Origin: Myxococcota bacterium
Lineage (GTDB): Bacteria > Myxococcota_A > Polyangia > Polyangiales > Sandaracinaceae
NCBI GenBank assembly: GCA_036149055.1
Contig: JAYZQJ010000173.1
Coordinates: 1-33,177 of the forward strand
Reading direction: 5' to 3'
Length of the DNA stretch: 33,177 bases
Positions within the stretch are counted from its first letter, which is position 1. Every line of letters starts with the position of its first letter. The translations under genes were made by a program, and so were the position numbers. Shown here one piece after another: positions 23,742-33,177 of this stretch. The notes below the pieces were generated by a model, which saw nothing but the letters and a program-made list of their open reading frames with translations, searched no databases and was not told where the DNA came from.

Positions 23742-24789
23742 CGAGCAGCTCCCGCGCGCGCTCGCCGGCCTCGTCGTCGCGCATCGCCAGGGTGCGGAGG
23801 CCCGCGTAGGCGGCGTCGCTCTCCGGGGCCAGCCGGGCGAGCGCCTCCGCGAGCACCACCGGGTCGACCCCCCGCGGCCGCTTCGCCAGCCGGGCCAGCT
23901 CGGGGGCCAGGGCCGCCTCGCGCAGCTCGCCCACCAGCTCCACCGCGTAGCTGCGGGCGTCCGAGCGGAGCGCGGTCAGCACGGCGCGGAGCGCGGGCAC
24001 GCCCCTCGGATCGCCGAGCCGGACGAGGGCCGCGCCGGCGGCCGCCTTGAAGGCGAGCGGCTTGAGGAACGAGGCGGCGAGGGTGGCGAGCGGCTCGATC
24101 GCCTCGGTCGCGCCGACCTCGCCGAGCGCCCACGCGGCCTCCATGCATCGCTCGCGATCCCCGAGGGCCCGCACCAGCTGGGCGACGCCCGCGCCGTCGC
24201 CGAGCCGGGCCAGGCCGATCGCCGCCCCCTCCGCCACCGCCGGGACCGCGTCGTCGAGCAGCGCGGTCAGGGCCCCGGCGGCCCGCGGGTCCTCGAGCGC
24301 GCCGAGCGCGTCGGCGAGGTGAGCGCGGACCTCGGGATCGGGGTCGTGGATGCGGGCGGCCAGCGGCGCCGCCGCCTCGTCGGGGGCCAGCTGCGCGATC
24401 GACGCGACCGCCTGGAAGCGCACCTCGGGCCGCTCGCTCGACAGCGCCTCCACCAGAGCCGGCAGGGCGCGGCGGTCGCCCAGCTCGGCGGCGGCGATCA
24501 GGGCGACCTGACGCACGGTCGGGTCGCCGTCCTCGAAGCGGGCGAGGATGCGGTCGAGCGCCGCGCCGTCCTTGGTGCGGGCGAGGCTGGTCATCGCCTG
24601 GGCGCGGACCGCCGCGCTCCGATCGTCGAGCAGCGGGTGCAGGGCCGCGCGCGCCTCGGCCACCCGGTCACCCGGCGGATCGCCGAGCCGCTCGGCGGCG
24701 GCCGCGCGCAGGGAGGCGTCCTTGGCGCCGACGTCGCGCAGCGCGGCGTCGAAGTTCGGGCGGAGCGGCGGGAAGAGAGGCGCCATCAC
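23731..24789 (-). CDS. HEAT/PBS-lyase repeat protein
   Basis: Repeated D..P.VR..A..AL units (DGDPTVRQVALIAA, ERPEVRFQAVASI, DPDPEVRAHLADAL); overlaps the holB stop. Confidence 0.88.
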   Translation of the reverse strand: MMAPLFPPLRPNFDAALRDVGAKDASLRAAAAERLGDPPGDRVAEARAALHPLLDDRSAAVRAQAMTSLARTKDGAALDRILARFEDGDPTVRQVALIAAAELGDRRALPALVEALSSERPEVRFQAVASIAQLAPDEAAAPLAARIHDPDPEVRAHLADALGALEDPRAAGALTALLDDAVPAVAEGAAIGLARLGDGAGVAQLVRALGDRERCMEAAWALGEVGATEAIEPLATLAASFLKPLAFKAAAGAALVRLGDPRGVPALRAVLTALRSDARSYAVELVGELREAALAPELARLAKRPRGVDPVVLAEALARLAPESDAAYAGLRTLAMRDDEAGERARELLDEA

Positions 24790-25757
24790 ACGCGCGCGCC
24801 GTAGATCAGCGCGTCGACCACGATCTGCGCGTTTCCGTTTCGCTCGAGGGCGACCAGCGCCTCCTGGATCAGCTCGACCCGCGCCGCCGCCTCCCGCGCG
24901 CCGACCCGGGCCGCGCGCTCGCGGATCACCTCGGCGCGGTGGCGGAAGGCGAGCTTCTCGTCGGCCAGGCCGAGCGCGGCCGCGGCGACGTCGCGATAGA
25001 AGGTGATGAGGGCCTCGAGCACCACCGCCAGCTCGGCCTCGCCCCGCACCAGCTGCTCCGACGCGCGCACCATCTCGCCGGGCTTGCCGACCGTGCAGAC
25101 CTCGTCGAGGGCGAGCGCCGCCTCGAGCAGCTCGGTCGCGCCCCCCTCGGCGAGGGCCAGCGCGCGATCGGCGCGGCCGTCGGCGAGCGCGATCGCGGGG
25201 CCGCGGGTCTCCTCGTCGAGCTCGTGCGCGGCGAGGATCGCGTCGAGCACCCGCGGGGGCAGGCGGCCGAAGCGGACCCGCTGGCAGCGCGAGCGGATGG
25301 TGGGGAGCAGCCGATCGGGCCGCTCGCTCAGCAGGATGAAGTGCACGCCGCGCCGCGGCTCCTCGAGGGTCTTCAGCAGCGCGTTGGCCGACTCCGGCGG
25401 GTGCTCCGGGAACGAGACGTCGGCCTCGGGGAAGATCAGGAAGGCCGCCTTCGCCTCGAAGGGCGCGAACTGGGCGACCGGGAGGATCTCCTGGCGCAGG
25501 GTCTCGACCGGGATGTTCCGCTTGCCCTCGGTGCGTGGCTCGAAGACCCGCACGTCCGGGTGCGTGCCGGCGGTGATCCGGGCCCGCGACTTCTCGTCGG
25601 CCCCGATGACCTTCTCGGCGAGCGCGCGCGCCGCGAGGTGCTTGCCCACGCCGCTCGGGCCCTCGAAGAGGTAGGCGCTCGCGACCCGGTCCGTCTCGAC
25701 CGCGCGCTCGAGGATGCCGACCGCGCCCGCCTGGGCCTGGACCGCGTCGAAGCTCAC
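24786..25757 (-). CDS. holB: DNA polymerase III subunit delta'
   Basis: AYLFEGPSGVGK, GTHPDV, SANALLKTLEEP, LLPTIRSRCQ (SRC motif). Confidence 0.92.
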   Translation of the reverse strand: MSFDAVQAQAGAVGILERAVETDRVASAYLFEGPSGVGKHLAARALAEKVIGADEKSRARITAGTHPDVRVFEPRTEGKRNIPVETLRQEILPVAQFAPFEAKAAFLIFPEADVSFPEHPPESANALLKTLEEPRRGVHFILLSERPDRLLPTIRSRCQRVRFGRLPPRVLDAILAAHELDEETRGPAIALADGRADRALALAEGGATELLEAALALDEVCTVGKPGEMVRASEQLVRGEAELAVVLEALITFYRDVAAAALGLADEKLAFRHRAEVIRERAARVGAREAAARVELIQEALVALERNGNAQIVVDALIYGARV

Positions 25758-26371
25758 GCGCCCACGATCCCCGGCGGCAGCTCGAAGAGCGCGCCCGCGA
25801 TGAGCTCCACCGACTTCACCAGCTCGTCGGCGTCGATGACGTCGGGGTCGACGAAGACCTGCAGGACCAGCCCGTCGAGCAGGCCGAGCAGGAGGCGCGG
25901 GATGAGCGCGGCGTCGACCCGGGGCTGGATGCCGAACGAGGCGAGCACGCCCACGAGGTGCTCGGCGGTCTGGGCGGAGGCGAAGCGGTAGTAGCCGGCG
26001 AGCTGGGGCCGCAGGGCCTCGTCGTGCAGCGCCTGGGCGAGGAGATCGGCGACCACCGCCACCTCGTCCGATCGGCTGACCCGGACCGCCCAGAGCTCGC
26101 GGACCGCGCTCCGCAGGGCGTCGAGCGGGTTCTGTCCGCCCGACTGCCAGGCGGCCATGGTCCGCTCGGCGACGGCGTCGGTGGCGCGCTCGAGCACCTC
26201 GGCCACCAGCGCCTCCTTGGTCGGGAAGTGGTAGTGGACGGCGCCCTTCGACATGCCCGCCTCCTTGGCGATGTCGTTCAGGCTGGTGCGCGCGTAGCCC
26301 TGCCGCGCGATGACGCGCGTGGCGGCCGCGACGATCTGCGCCGCGCTGATCGCCGACTTCTTGTAGCGCAT
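25754..26371 (-). CDS. TetR/AcrR family transcriptional regulator
   Basis: HTH GYARTSLNDIAKEAGMSKGAVHYHFPTKEAL; GTGA overlap with the holB start. Confidence 0.93.
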   Translation of the reverse strand: MRYKKSAISAAQIVAAATRVIARQGYARTSLNDIAKEAGMSKGAVHYHFPTKEALVAEVLERATDAVAERTMAAWQSGGQNPLDALRSAVRELWAVRVSRSDEVAVVADLLAQALHDEALRPQLAGYYRFASAQTAEHLVGVLASFGIQPRVDAALIPRLLLGLLDGLVLQVFVDPDVIDADELVKSVELIAGALFELPPGIVGA

Positions 26372-26387
26372 CGGAGTCGGCGCCCGA

Positions 26388-26699
26388 TCACTCCATGGAC
26401 ATGGGCGGGACGTAGTCCGGGTCGGGCTGGCAGCTCATCGCCATCGAGCCCTCGACGCGGCGGCAGAGGAAGCCCTCGTCGCAGTCCGCCTGGATCTCGC
26501 AGACCGCGCGGCAGAAGAAGTTGTTCTCGTTCGGCGCGCCGGGCGGCTCCGTGGTCGTGGAGCGCTCGGGCGTGCAGATGGCACCGTCCACGCAGTCGTT
26601 CTCCGCCGGTCCGCCCGCGCAGTTCTGTCCCACCTCGCCCGGGCCACAGGCCACGGCGAAGAGACCCAGCGCAACCACGATCATCGAGAGCCGTCGCAT
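26388..26699 (-). CDS. Small Cys-rich lipoprotein (103 aa)
   Basis: SD GGAGG upstream; signal MRRLSMIVVALGLFAVAC; 8 further Cys. This is the 3' end of the 26388..28619 track ORF. Confidence 0.8.
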   Translation of the reverse strand: MRRLSMIVVALGLFAVACGPGEVGQNCAGGPAENDCVDGAICTPERSTTTEPPGAPNENNFFCRAVCEIQADCDEGFLCRRVEGSMAMSCQPDPDYVPPMSME

Positions 26700-26792
26700 C
26701 CTGTCCTCCGGAAGGGCGGACCCTAGAAGAAGCCGCCATCGCCCGCAAGGTCGGCGTGCCCCACGGAGGCGGCCGGGGTAAAAGGGCGCGCG

Positions 26793-28688
26793 ATGGCCGT
26801 CAGTCTCCTCACCGACCAGGACAAGCACCTCTTCAACGAGGGCACGCATCAGCGCCTCTACGAGCGACTCGGGGCGCACCTCGCGACCGACGAGGACGGC
26901 CGGGCGGGCGTGATCTTCGCCGTGTGGGCGCCCGGCGCGCGCGCGGTGTCGGTGGTGGGCGACTTCTGCGACTGGGACCGCGACGCCCACCCGATGCGCC
27001 CCAACGCCGAGAGCGGCGTCTGGGAGATCTTCGTGCCCGGCGTCTCCCGGGGCGCGCTCTACAAGTATCTCATCCAGGGGCCCGACGGCTTCGAGGAGTA
27101 CAAGAGCGATCCCTTCGGGCGCCTCCACGAGGAGCCCCCGAAGACGGCGTCGATCGTCTGGGACCTCGACTACACCTGGGGCGACGCCGAGTGGATGGCG
27201 GAGCGGGGGCGCCACAACGCGCTCGACGCGCCGATGAGCGTCTACGAGGTCCACCTCGGCTCCTGGCGCCGGGTGCCCGAGGAGGACGACCGGCCGCTCA
27301 CCTACCGGGAGCTGGCCCCGCTGCTCTGCGCGCACGTGAAGGAGCTCGGCTTCACCCACGTCGAGCTGATGCCGGTGATGGAGCATCCCTTCGGTGGGTC
27401 CTGGGGCTACCAGGTGACGGGCTACTTCGCGCCGACGCATCGCCACGGCACGCCGCAGGACCTGATGTACCTGATCGACCAGCTCCACCAGAGCGGCATC
27501 GGGGTGATCCTGGACTGGGTGCCGGCGCACTTCCCGACCGACGCGCACGGGCTCGGCCGCTTCGACGGCACCCACCTCTTCGAGCACGCCGACCCGCGCC
27601 AGGGCTTCCACCCGGACTGGCAGAGCTACATCTTCAACTACGGCCGGCACGAGGTTCGCAGCTTCCTGATCTCGAGCGCGATGTTCTGGCTCGACCGCTA
27701 CCACGTCGACGGGCTGCGGGTGGATGGCGTCGCCTCGATGCTCTACCGCGACTACTCGCGCGAGGAGGGCGAGTGGATCCCGAACGAGCACGGGGGGCGC
27801 GAAAACCTCGAGGCGATCGGCTTCCTCCGGCAGCTCAACGAGGCGGTCTACGCCGAGTTCCCGGACGTGCAGACCATCGCCGAGGAGTCGACGTCCTGGC
27901 CGATGGTGTCGCGGCCGACCTTCGCCGGCGGGCTCGGCTTCGGGCTCAAGTGGGACATGGGTTGGATGCACGACACGTTGCGCTTTCTCGAGCGCGACCC
28001 GATCCACCGCCGCTTCCACCACAACGAGCTGACCTTCCGCTCGCTCTACGCCTTCAACGAGAACTTCACGCTGCCGCTGAGCCACGACGAGGTCGTGCAC
28101 GGCAAGGGCGCGCTGCTGAACAAGATGCCGGGCGACCGCTGGCAGAAGTTCGCGAACCTCCGCCTGCTCTACGCCTACATGATGTCGCAGCCCGGCAAGA
28201 AGCTGCTCTTCATGGGCTCCGAGCTCGCGCAGTGGCGGGAGTGGAACCACGACGCGAGCCTCGACTGGCACCTGGCCGAGGACGAGATGCACGGCGGCGT
28301 GATGCGCCTGCTCGGCGACCTCAACCGGAGCTACCGGGCCGAGGGCGCGATGCACCGCGGGGACTGCGAGCCGGGCGGCTTCACCTGGATCGACGGCAGC
28401 GACGCCGAGCGCTCCGTGCTCAGCTACCTGCGCCAGGGGGACGGCGCGCCCCCGGTGCTCGTGGTGCTCAACTTCACCCCGGTCGTCCGCTACGACTACC
28501 GGGTCGGCGTGCCGCGCGGCGGGGCCTGGGAGGAGATCCTCAACACCGACGCCGCGACCTACGGCGGCAGCGGGGTGGGCAACCTCGGCGAGGTCGTCGC
28601 CCACGACGTGCCCGCGCACGGGCAGCCCCTGTCGCTCTCGGTCACCCTCCCGCCGCTCGCCGCGGTCTGGTTCCGGGCGCCCCGATGA
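26793..28688 (+). CDS. glgB: 1,4-alpha-glucan branching enzyme (GH13, CBM48)
   Basis: [26 protein letters not shown], catalytic [11 protein letters not shown] / IAEEST / [10 protein letters not shown]. Confidence 0.97.
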   Translation: MAVSLLTDQDKHLFNEGTHQRLYERLGAHLATDEDGRAGVIFAVWAPGARAVSVVGDFCDWDRDAHPMRPNAESGVWEIFVPGVSRGALYKYLIQGPDGFEEYKSDPFGRLHEEPPKTASIVWDLDYTWGDAEWMAERGRHNALDAPMSVYEVHLGSWRRVPEEDDRPLTYRELAPLLCAHVKELGFTHVELMPVMEHPFGGSWGYQVTGYFAPTHRHGTPQDLMYLIDQLHQSGIGVILDWVPAHFPTDAHGLGRFDGTHLFEHADPRQGFHPDWQSYIFNYGRHEVRSFLISSAMFWLDRYHVDGLRVDGVASMLYRDYSREEGEWIPNEHGGRENLEAIGFLRQLNEAVYAEFPDVQTIAEESTSWPMVSRPTFAGGLGFGLKWDMGWMHDTLRFLERDPIHRRFHHNELTFRSLYAFNENFTLPLSHDEVVHGKGALLNKMPGDRWQKFANLRLLYAYMMSQPGKKLLFMGSELAQWREWNHDASLDWHLAEDEMHGGVMRLLGDLNRSYRAEGAMHRGDCEPGGFTWIDGSDAERSVLSYLRQGDGAPPVLVVLNFTPVVRYDYRVGVPRGGAWEEILNTDAATYGGSGVGNLGEVVAHDVPAHGQPLSLSVTLPPLAAVWFRAPR

Positions 28689-31108
28689 AGGGTCCCCGTT
28701 ACATCTGCGTCCACGGGCACTTCTACCAGCCGCCGCGGGAGAACCCGTGGCTCGAGAAGGTGGAGCGGCAGGAGAGCGCGTGGCCGGCGCACGACTGGAA
28801 CGCCCGGGTGACCGAGGAGTGCTACGCGCCGAACGCCCACGCGCGCATCCTCGACGCGCAGGGCCGCATCACCGCCATCGTCAACAACTACGCCCGGCTC
28901 TCCTACAACCTCGGCCCCACGCTGATGAGCTGGCTCGAGACCGAGCGGCCGGACGTGCACGACGCGGTGGTCGACGCCGACCGCCAGAGCCGCGAGCTGC
29001 GCGATGGGCACGGCGCCGCGATGGCGCAGGTCTACAATCACACGATCTTCCCGCTCGCCTCGCGCCGCGACAAGGTCACGCAGGTCCGCTGGGGCGTGGC
29101 CGACTTCGTCCGTCGCTACGGCCGCGCGCCCGACGGGATGTGGCTCGCCGAGACCGCCTGCGACGTGGAGAGCCTCGAGGTGCTCGCCGAGGAGGGCATC
29201 CGCTTCACCGTGCTCGCCCCGCACCAGTGCGCGCGGGTCCGGCGCCCCGGGGGCGAGTGGCTCGACGTGAGCGGGCAGCGGGTGGACCCCCGGCGCGCCT
29301 ACGTCGCCAAGCTCCCCTCCGGGCGGCAGATCTCGATCTTCTTCTACGACGGCCCCATCTCCCGCGCGGTCGCGTTCGAGCGGCTCCTCGACGACGGCTA
29401 TCGGTTCGCCGAGCGGCTGCTCGGGGCGTTCGAGCCGGGTCGCGACGAGCCCCAGCTCGTGCACATCGCCACCGACGGCGAGACCTACGGTCATCACCAC
29501 GCCTACGGCGAGATGGCGCTCGCGGTCGCGCTTCAGCGCATCGACGCCGATCCCGACGTGCGGCTCACCAACTACGCCGAGTTCCTCGCGCTGCACCCGC
29601 CGACCTGGGAGGCGGAGATCGCGGAGGGCACGAGCTGGAGCTGCGCGCACGGCATCGAGCGGTGGCGGGCCGACTGCGGCTGCAACTCGGGGACCGGCTG
29701 GCATCAGCGCTGGCGGCGGCCGCTGCGGGAGGCCCTCGACTGGCTGCGCGCCGAGCTCGACGCGGCCCTCGAGCAGGGCGCCGAGGGGCTTTTGGCCGAC
29801 GTGTGGGAGGCGCGGGACGCCTACATCGAGGTCGTGCTCGACCGCTCGTCGGAGAGCCGGGAGCGCTTCTTCGACGCCCAGTGCGAGCGGGCGCTGTCCG
29901 CCGACGAGCGGCGGCGAGCGCTCGAGCTCATGGAGCTGTCGCGCCACGCCATGCTCATGTACACGAGCTGCGGCTGGTTCTTCGACGAGCTGAGCGACCT
30001 CTCGACCCTCCAGGTCCTGCAGTACGCCGGCCGCGCGGTGCAGCTCGCGACGTCGCTCTTCGGCGATCGCTTCGAGCTCGGCTTCCGGGAGCGCCTCGCC
30101 GCGGCGCCGAGCAACCGGCCGGAGCTTGGGGACGGCGAGCGGATCTACGACCACTTCGTGCAGCCCTCGAAGGTCGATCTGGCGAAGGTCGGCGCGCACC
30201 TCGCCACCCAGACCGCGTTCGAGGTCGAGCCCGAGGGCGTGCGCATCGGCGGCTACGAGGGGACGCTGCTCGAGCACGACCTGTCGCGCACCGGCGGCTC
30301 GCGCCTCGCGATCGGTCGGCTCCGGGTCCGCTCTCGCATCACCACCGAGGCGAGCGACTTCAGCTACGCGGTCCTCCACTTCGGCGACCACAACCTGCTC
30401 GGCGGGATCCGCCCGTTCGGCAACGCGGCCCGGCACGTCGGTCTGCACGGCGCCCTGACGCACGCCTTCGGCCGCGCCGATCTCACCGAGGTGGTGCGCC
30501 AGATCGAGCGCCTCTTCGAGGGGCAGACCTTCTCGCTCCGGCACCTCTTCCTCGACGATCGTGAGGCGCTCCTGAAGGAGCTGCTCGCCGACCGCACCCG
30601 CCGCATGGAGGAGCGCGTCGAGGCGCTCTACGACCAGACCGCGCCGCTGATCCGGTTCCTCGAGAGTCTGGACCTGACGTCCCCGCCGGTGTTCGTGATG
30701 GCGGCCGAGTACACGCTCCGCGCCCGGCTCCGGGCCGCCGTCGGGGCGGGCACCGAGATCGACCTGGTGACCGTCTCGCGGCTCCTCTCGGACGCGAAGG
30801 AGGCCTCGGTCGCGCTCGACCCGGTGGCCCTCGGCCGCGCGCTCCAGGACAGCCTGGAGTCGGTCACCGCGGCGCTCGCCCGCGCGCCGGAGGATCTCGA
30901 GGCGTGGCGGCTCGCGGCGGGCCTGGCCGGGTTCACCGCCCGGACGCCGTGGAAGCTCGATCCGCGCGAGGCGCAGAACGCGGTGTGGCGCATGTGGGCC
31001 GAGCTGCTCCCGGCGTGGCGCGCCCGGACGCCGAGCGACGATCCGCACTGCCGCGAGCGCGAGCGGCTCCTGCTCGAGGTCGCGGCCGGCCTCGGCTTCC
31101 GGGTGTGA
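28685..31108 (+). CDS. Glycoside hydrolase family 57 protein with DUF3536-type C-terminus
   Basis: ATGA overlap with glg[52 protein letters not shown]. Confidence 0.9.
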   Translation: MKGPRYICVHGHFYQPPRENPWLEKVERQESAWPAHDWNARVTEECYAPNAHARILDAQGRITAIVNNYARLSYNLGPTLMSWLETERPDVHDAVVDADRQSRELRDGHGAAMAQVYNHTIFPLASRRDKVTQVRWGVADFVRRYGRAPDGMWLAETACDVESLEVLAEEGIRFTVLAPHQCARVRRPGGEWLDVSGQRVDPRRAYVAKLPSGRQISIFFYDGPISRAVAFERLLDDGYRFAERLLGAFEPGRDEPQLVHIATDGETYGHHHAYGEMALAVALQRIDADPDVRLTNYAEFLALHPPTWEAEIAEGTSWSCAHGIERWRADCGCNSGTGWHQRWRRPLREALDWLRAELDAALEQGAEGLLADVWEARDAYIEVVLDRSSESRERFFDAQCERALSADERRRALELMELSRHAMLMYTSCGWFFDELSDLSTLQVLQYAGRAVQLATSLFGDRFELGFRERLAAAPSNRPELGDGERIYDHFVQPSKVDLAKVGAHLATQTAFEVEPEGVRIGGYEGTLLEHDLSRTGGSRLAIGRLRVRSRITTEASDFSYAVLHFGDHNLLGGIRPFGNAARHVGLHGALTHAFGRADLTEVVRQIERLFEGQTFSLRHLFLDDREALLKELLADRTRRMEERVEALYDQTAPLIRFLESLDLTSPPVFVMAAEYTLRARLRAAVGAGTEIDLVTVSRLLSDAKEASVALDPVALGRALQDSLESVTAALARAPEDLEAWRLAAGLAGFTARTPWKLDPREAQNAVWRMWAELLPAWRARTPSDDPHCRERERLLLEVAAGLGFRV

Positions 31109-31111
31109 GGA

Positions 31112-32176
31112 TCACGGCGGGCAGGGCGCCGGCAGCGCGGGCGGCGGCTGGGGATCGGCGCCCCAGCGGCCCGGGTAGCCGGTGAAGCCGATCGCCACGC
31201 TGACCGCGTCGCAGGGGACGAGCGTCCCGGGGGTCGCCTCCGGGTTGGCGAGCACGTCGGCCGAGCCGCGGATGGCGGTCTCGACGATGCCGCGCAGGGT
31301 CTCGCCCTCGCACACGCCGAGGTCGTCGAGCTCGTTCAGGAAGTCGCTCACCGGCCAGCGCCCGCTCAGGGCCACGTCCTCGAGGCGGTCCCCCGCGAGC
31401 CGGCCGGTCAGGGTCGCGTCCGTGATCCGCACGCTCAGCGAGCGCGCGCCGCCGGCGAAGTCGAAGTCGGAGCGCGGCGGGATGCGCATGACGACGACGC
31501 CGCCCACCACGTAGCCGGTGCGGTCGAGCAGGACCGGCTCGCCGAAGTCGTCGAACGCCGCCTCCGAGGGGAAGAACGTGTCGGTCCCGTCCCAGCGGAG
31601 CGGGTCGCCGCGGAGCCCGCCGGCCGGCTGACCGAACGCGGTCTGGACCACCTCCACCGTCACCCGCGGATCGTCCTCCTCGCCGTTCCAGTCGCTCAGC
31701 CGCAGCATCAGGGCGTACTCGCCCGTCTCCATCAGCTCGCGCGCCTCGGCCTGCACGTCGATGCCGAGCGGCTCGAACCCCAGCGAGATGAACTGTCCAT
31801 AGTTGTTGTCGCGGCAGAGCGCGCCGTCGCCGCTCGGCAGGTCGCCGGAGTTGACCGGCGCGCACTCGATGTCCCAGCCGGGGTAGGCCCCGCCGCCGTC
31901 GGGGGCGCCGCCGTCGAGGGCATCGGGCGGGTAGGAGCAGCGGCCGTCGAGGTCGTAGCCGAGGGCGCGCCAGGCGCCGCCGCCCTGCCGGAGGACGACG
32001 TCACGGAGCACGAAGACCTGCGGCTCGGACGACGGGCCCTCGAGCTCGGCGGGGGGCGGCAGCGGCACCTCGGCGCGCTCGGGCCCGACGCCGGCGTCGA
32101 TCGGCGACAGCTGCGCCGCGTCGCAGGCCGCACAGAGCAGCAGCGAGGCGAGGGCGAGCGCGCGGGGGGAGGGCAA
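31112..32176 (-). CDS. Hypothetical lipoprotein with several Cys
   Basis: TTG is the first start after an in-frame stop; signal ending LCAAC; GYDLDGRC..DG..CRDN motif; coding-like composition. Confidence 0.7.
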   Translation of the reverse strand: MPSPRALALASLLLCAACDAAQLSPIDAGVGPERAEVPLPPPAELEGPSSEPQVFVLRDVVLRQGGGAWRALGYDLDGRCSYPPDALDGGAPDGGGAYPGWDIECAPVNSGDLPSGDGALCRDNNYGQFISLGFEPLGIDVQAEARELMETGEYALMLRLSDWNGEEDDPRVTVEVVQTAFGQPAGGLRGDPLRWDGTDTFFPSEAAFDDFGEPVLLDRTGYVVGGVVVMRIPPRSDFDFAGGARSLSVRITDATLTGRLAGDRLEDVALSGRWPVSDFLNELDDLGVCEGETLRGIVETAIRGSADVLANPEATPGTLVPCDAVSVAIGFTGYPGRWGADPQPPPALPAPCPP

Positions 32177-32216
32177 GGCCCAGCCATGGTGGCATGGGCG
32201 TGGTAATCACGACCAC

Positions 32217-32996
32217 ATGAGCGAAGCGCAGTCGGGAGCCTCGGTCGCAGAGCTGTTCACGATCATGAGGCGCCTGCTGGCCCCGGACGGCTGCCCCTGG
32301 GACCGCGCGCAGTCCCCCGAGACCCTGCGCCCCTTCGTCATCGAGGAGGCCTTCGAGGTCGTCGAGGCGATCGACGCGGGCTCGGAGCCGCAGCTGCGCG
32401 AGGAGCTGGGTGATCTCCTGCTCCAGATCGTGTTCCTGACCGAGATGTCGGCGTCGTTCGGGCCGGACGACGTGGTGCGCGGCATCTGCGACAAGATGAT
32501 CCGGCGGCACCCGCACGTCTTCGGGGACGGCGACGCGAGCACGCCGGCCGAGGTCCTCGAGAGCTGGGAGGCGATCAAGGCGCGCGAGCAGGGCAAGCGA
32601 GACCGGGGCGCGCTCGACGGCGTGCCGGTGGCGCTCCCGGCGCTGGCCCGCGCGGTCGCGCTCGGCAAGAAGGCGCGCAAGATCAACCTCGACTGGGAGG
32701 ACGCGCGCGGCGTCCGGGCGAAGATCGACGAGGAGCTGGCGGAGCTCGACGCGGCGCCCGATCCGACCGCGGAGGCGGAGGAGCTCGGCGACCTGCTCTT
32801 CGCGATCGCGAGCTGGGCGCGCCACCGCGGCCACGATCCCGAGGCGGCGCTGCGGGGCACGCTGAATCGCTTCACCGGACGCGTCGGCGAGATGGAGCGC
32901 GCGGCCCGCGCCGACGGCGTGGCCCTCTCGGAGCTGTCGCCCGAGGAGATCGACGCGCGCTTCGTGGCCGCGAAGCGAGCCCAGACGCCCGAGTAG
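32217..32996 (+). CDS. mazG: Nucleoside triphosphate pyrophosphohydrolase MazG
   Basis: GCPWDRAQ, EEAFEVVEAI, EELGDLLLQ, RRHPHVF, and a second domain with EELAEL and EELGDLLF. Confidence 0.95.
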   Translation: MSEAQSGASVAELFTIMRRLLAPDGCPWDRAQSPETLRPFVIEEAFEVVEAIDAGSEPQLREELGDLLLQIVFLTEMSASFGPDDVVRGICDKMIRRHPHVFGDGDASTPAEVLESWEAIKAREQGKRDRGALDGVPVALPALARAVALGKKARKINLDWEDARGVRAKIDEELAELDAAPDPTAEAEELGDLLFAIASWARHRGHDPEAALRGTLNRFTGRVGEMERAARADGVALSELSPEEIDARFVAAKRAQTPE

Positions 32997-33085
32997 GATG
33001 CTCGGGTAGAGCAGCTCGAGAGGTGGCAAATAATTGCGCGGGGGCTGCCCGAGCCCGCTTCCACGACAGTCCCGAGACGACGGCA

Positions 33086-33177
33086 GGCGACGAGCGCAGC
33101 GAGGTCGCCGCACGAACCACCCCGCGCCCGTTCGATCCCGCGGCAGCGGGCGGCCAGCGAGCGCGCAGCGCGAGCGC
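33086..33177. repeat. REP-like palindromic elements downstream of mazG
   Basis: Hairpin GGCGAC-gagcgcagcgag-GTCGCC (33086-33109) and a related gcgagcgcgcagcgcgagcgc at the window end. Confidence 0.4.

Noticed and set aside
25958..31108. 1716-aa plus-strand ORF
   Set aside because: The 5' part is an off-frame shadow of tetR/glgB. The real GH57 gene starts at ATG 28685.
32217..32996. mazG as part of a toxin-antitoxin or anti-phage system
   Set aside because: It is the ordinary two-domain housekeeping form, with no mazEF or defence genes adjacent within the window.
33024..33037. Sigma54-like TGGCA...TTGC motif
   Set aside because: The GG-GC spacing is 9 nt rather than the strictly required 10.
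33000..33145. tRNA-like fragments (GCTC-gggta-GAGCA D-arm-like; GTTCGATCC T-loop-like)
   Set aside because: The elements are ~115 nt apart, the T-stem does not pair (GCCCG/CCGCG), and there is no acceptor stem or anticodon arm.

Overview
This is a very GC-rich, gene-dense chromosomal segment. Gene content suggests a myxobacterium, probably Polyangia/Sandaracinaceae-like, though that is inference. About 29 CDS tile the window: a partial type IV pilus cluster (pilT-pilC-pilS, no adjacent pilB) downstream of purM and a FAD-fold protein; a 1192-aa GltD/NfnB + NfnA/PyrK-like Fe-S flavoprotein fusion; HIT; a ChdC/chlorite-dismutase-family protein; a PEGA protein; a YbjN/CesT-like chaperone; amidase-glnD-TPR; a sigma32-like factor; an rplC-rlmE pair outside the S10 operon; an SDR; tetR-holB-HEAT; glgB-GH57; several Cys-rich lipoproteins; and mazG. 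I found no rRNA, tRNA, CRISPR, phage or transposase. The most notable oddities are the stand-alone rplC with its own promoter and palindrome, a 180-bp-period repeat with G-quadruplex motifs after pilS, the single-chain Nfn-like protein, and the repeat-rich leader of the sigma factor. No clearly new multi-gene system can be demonstrated from sequence alone.
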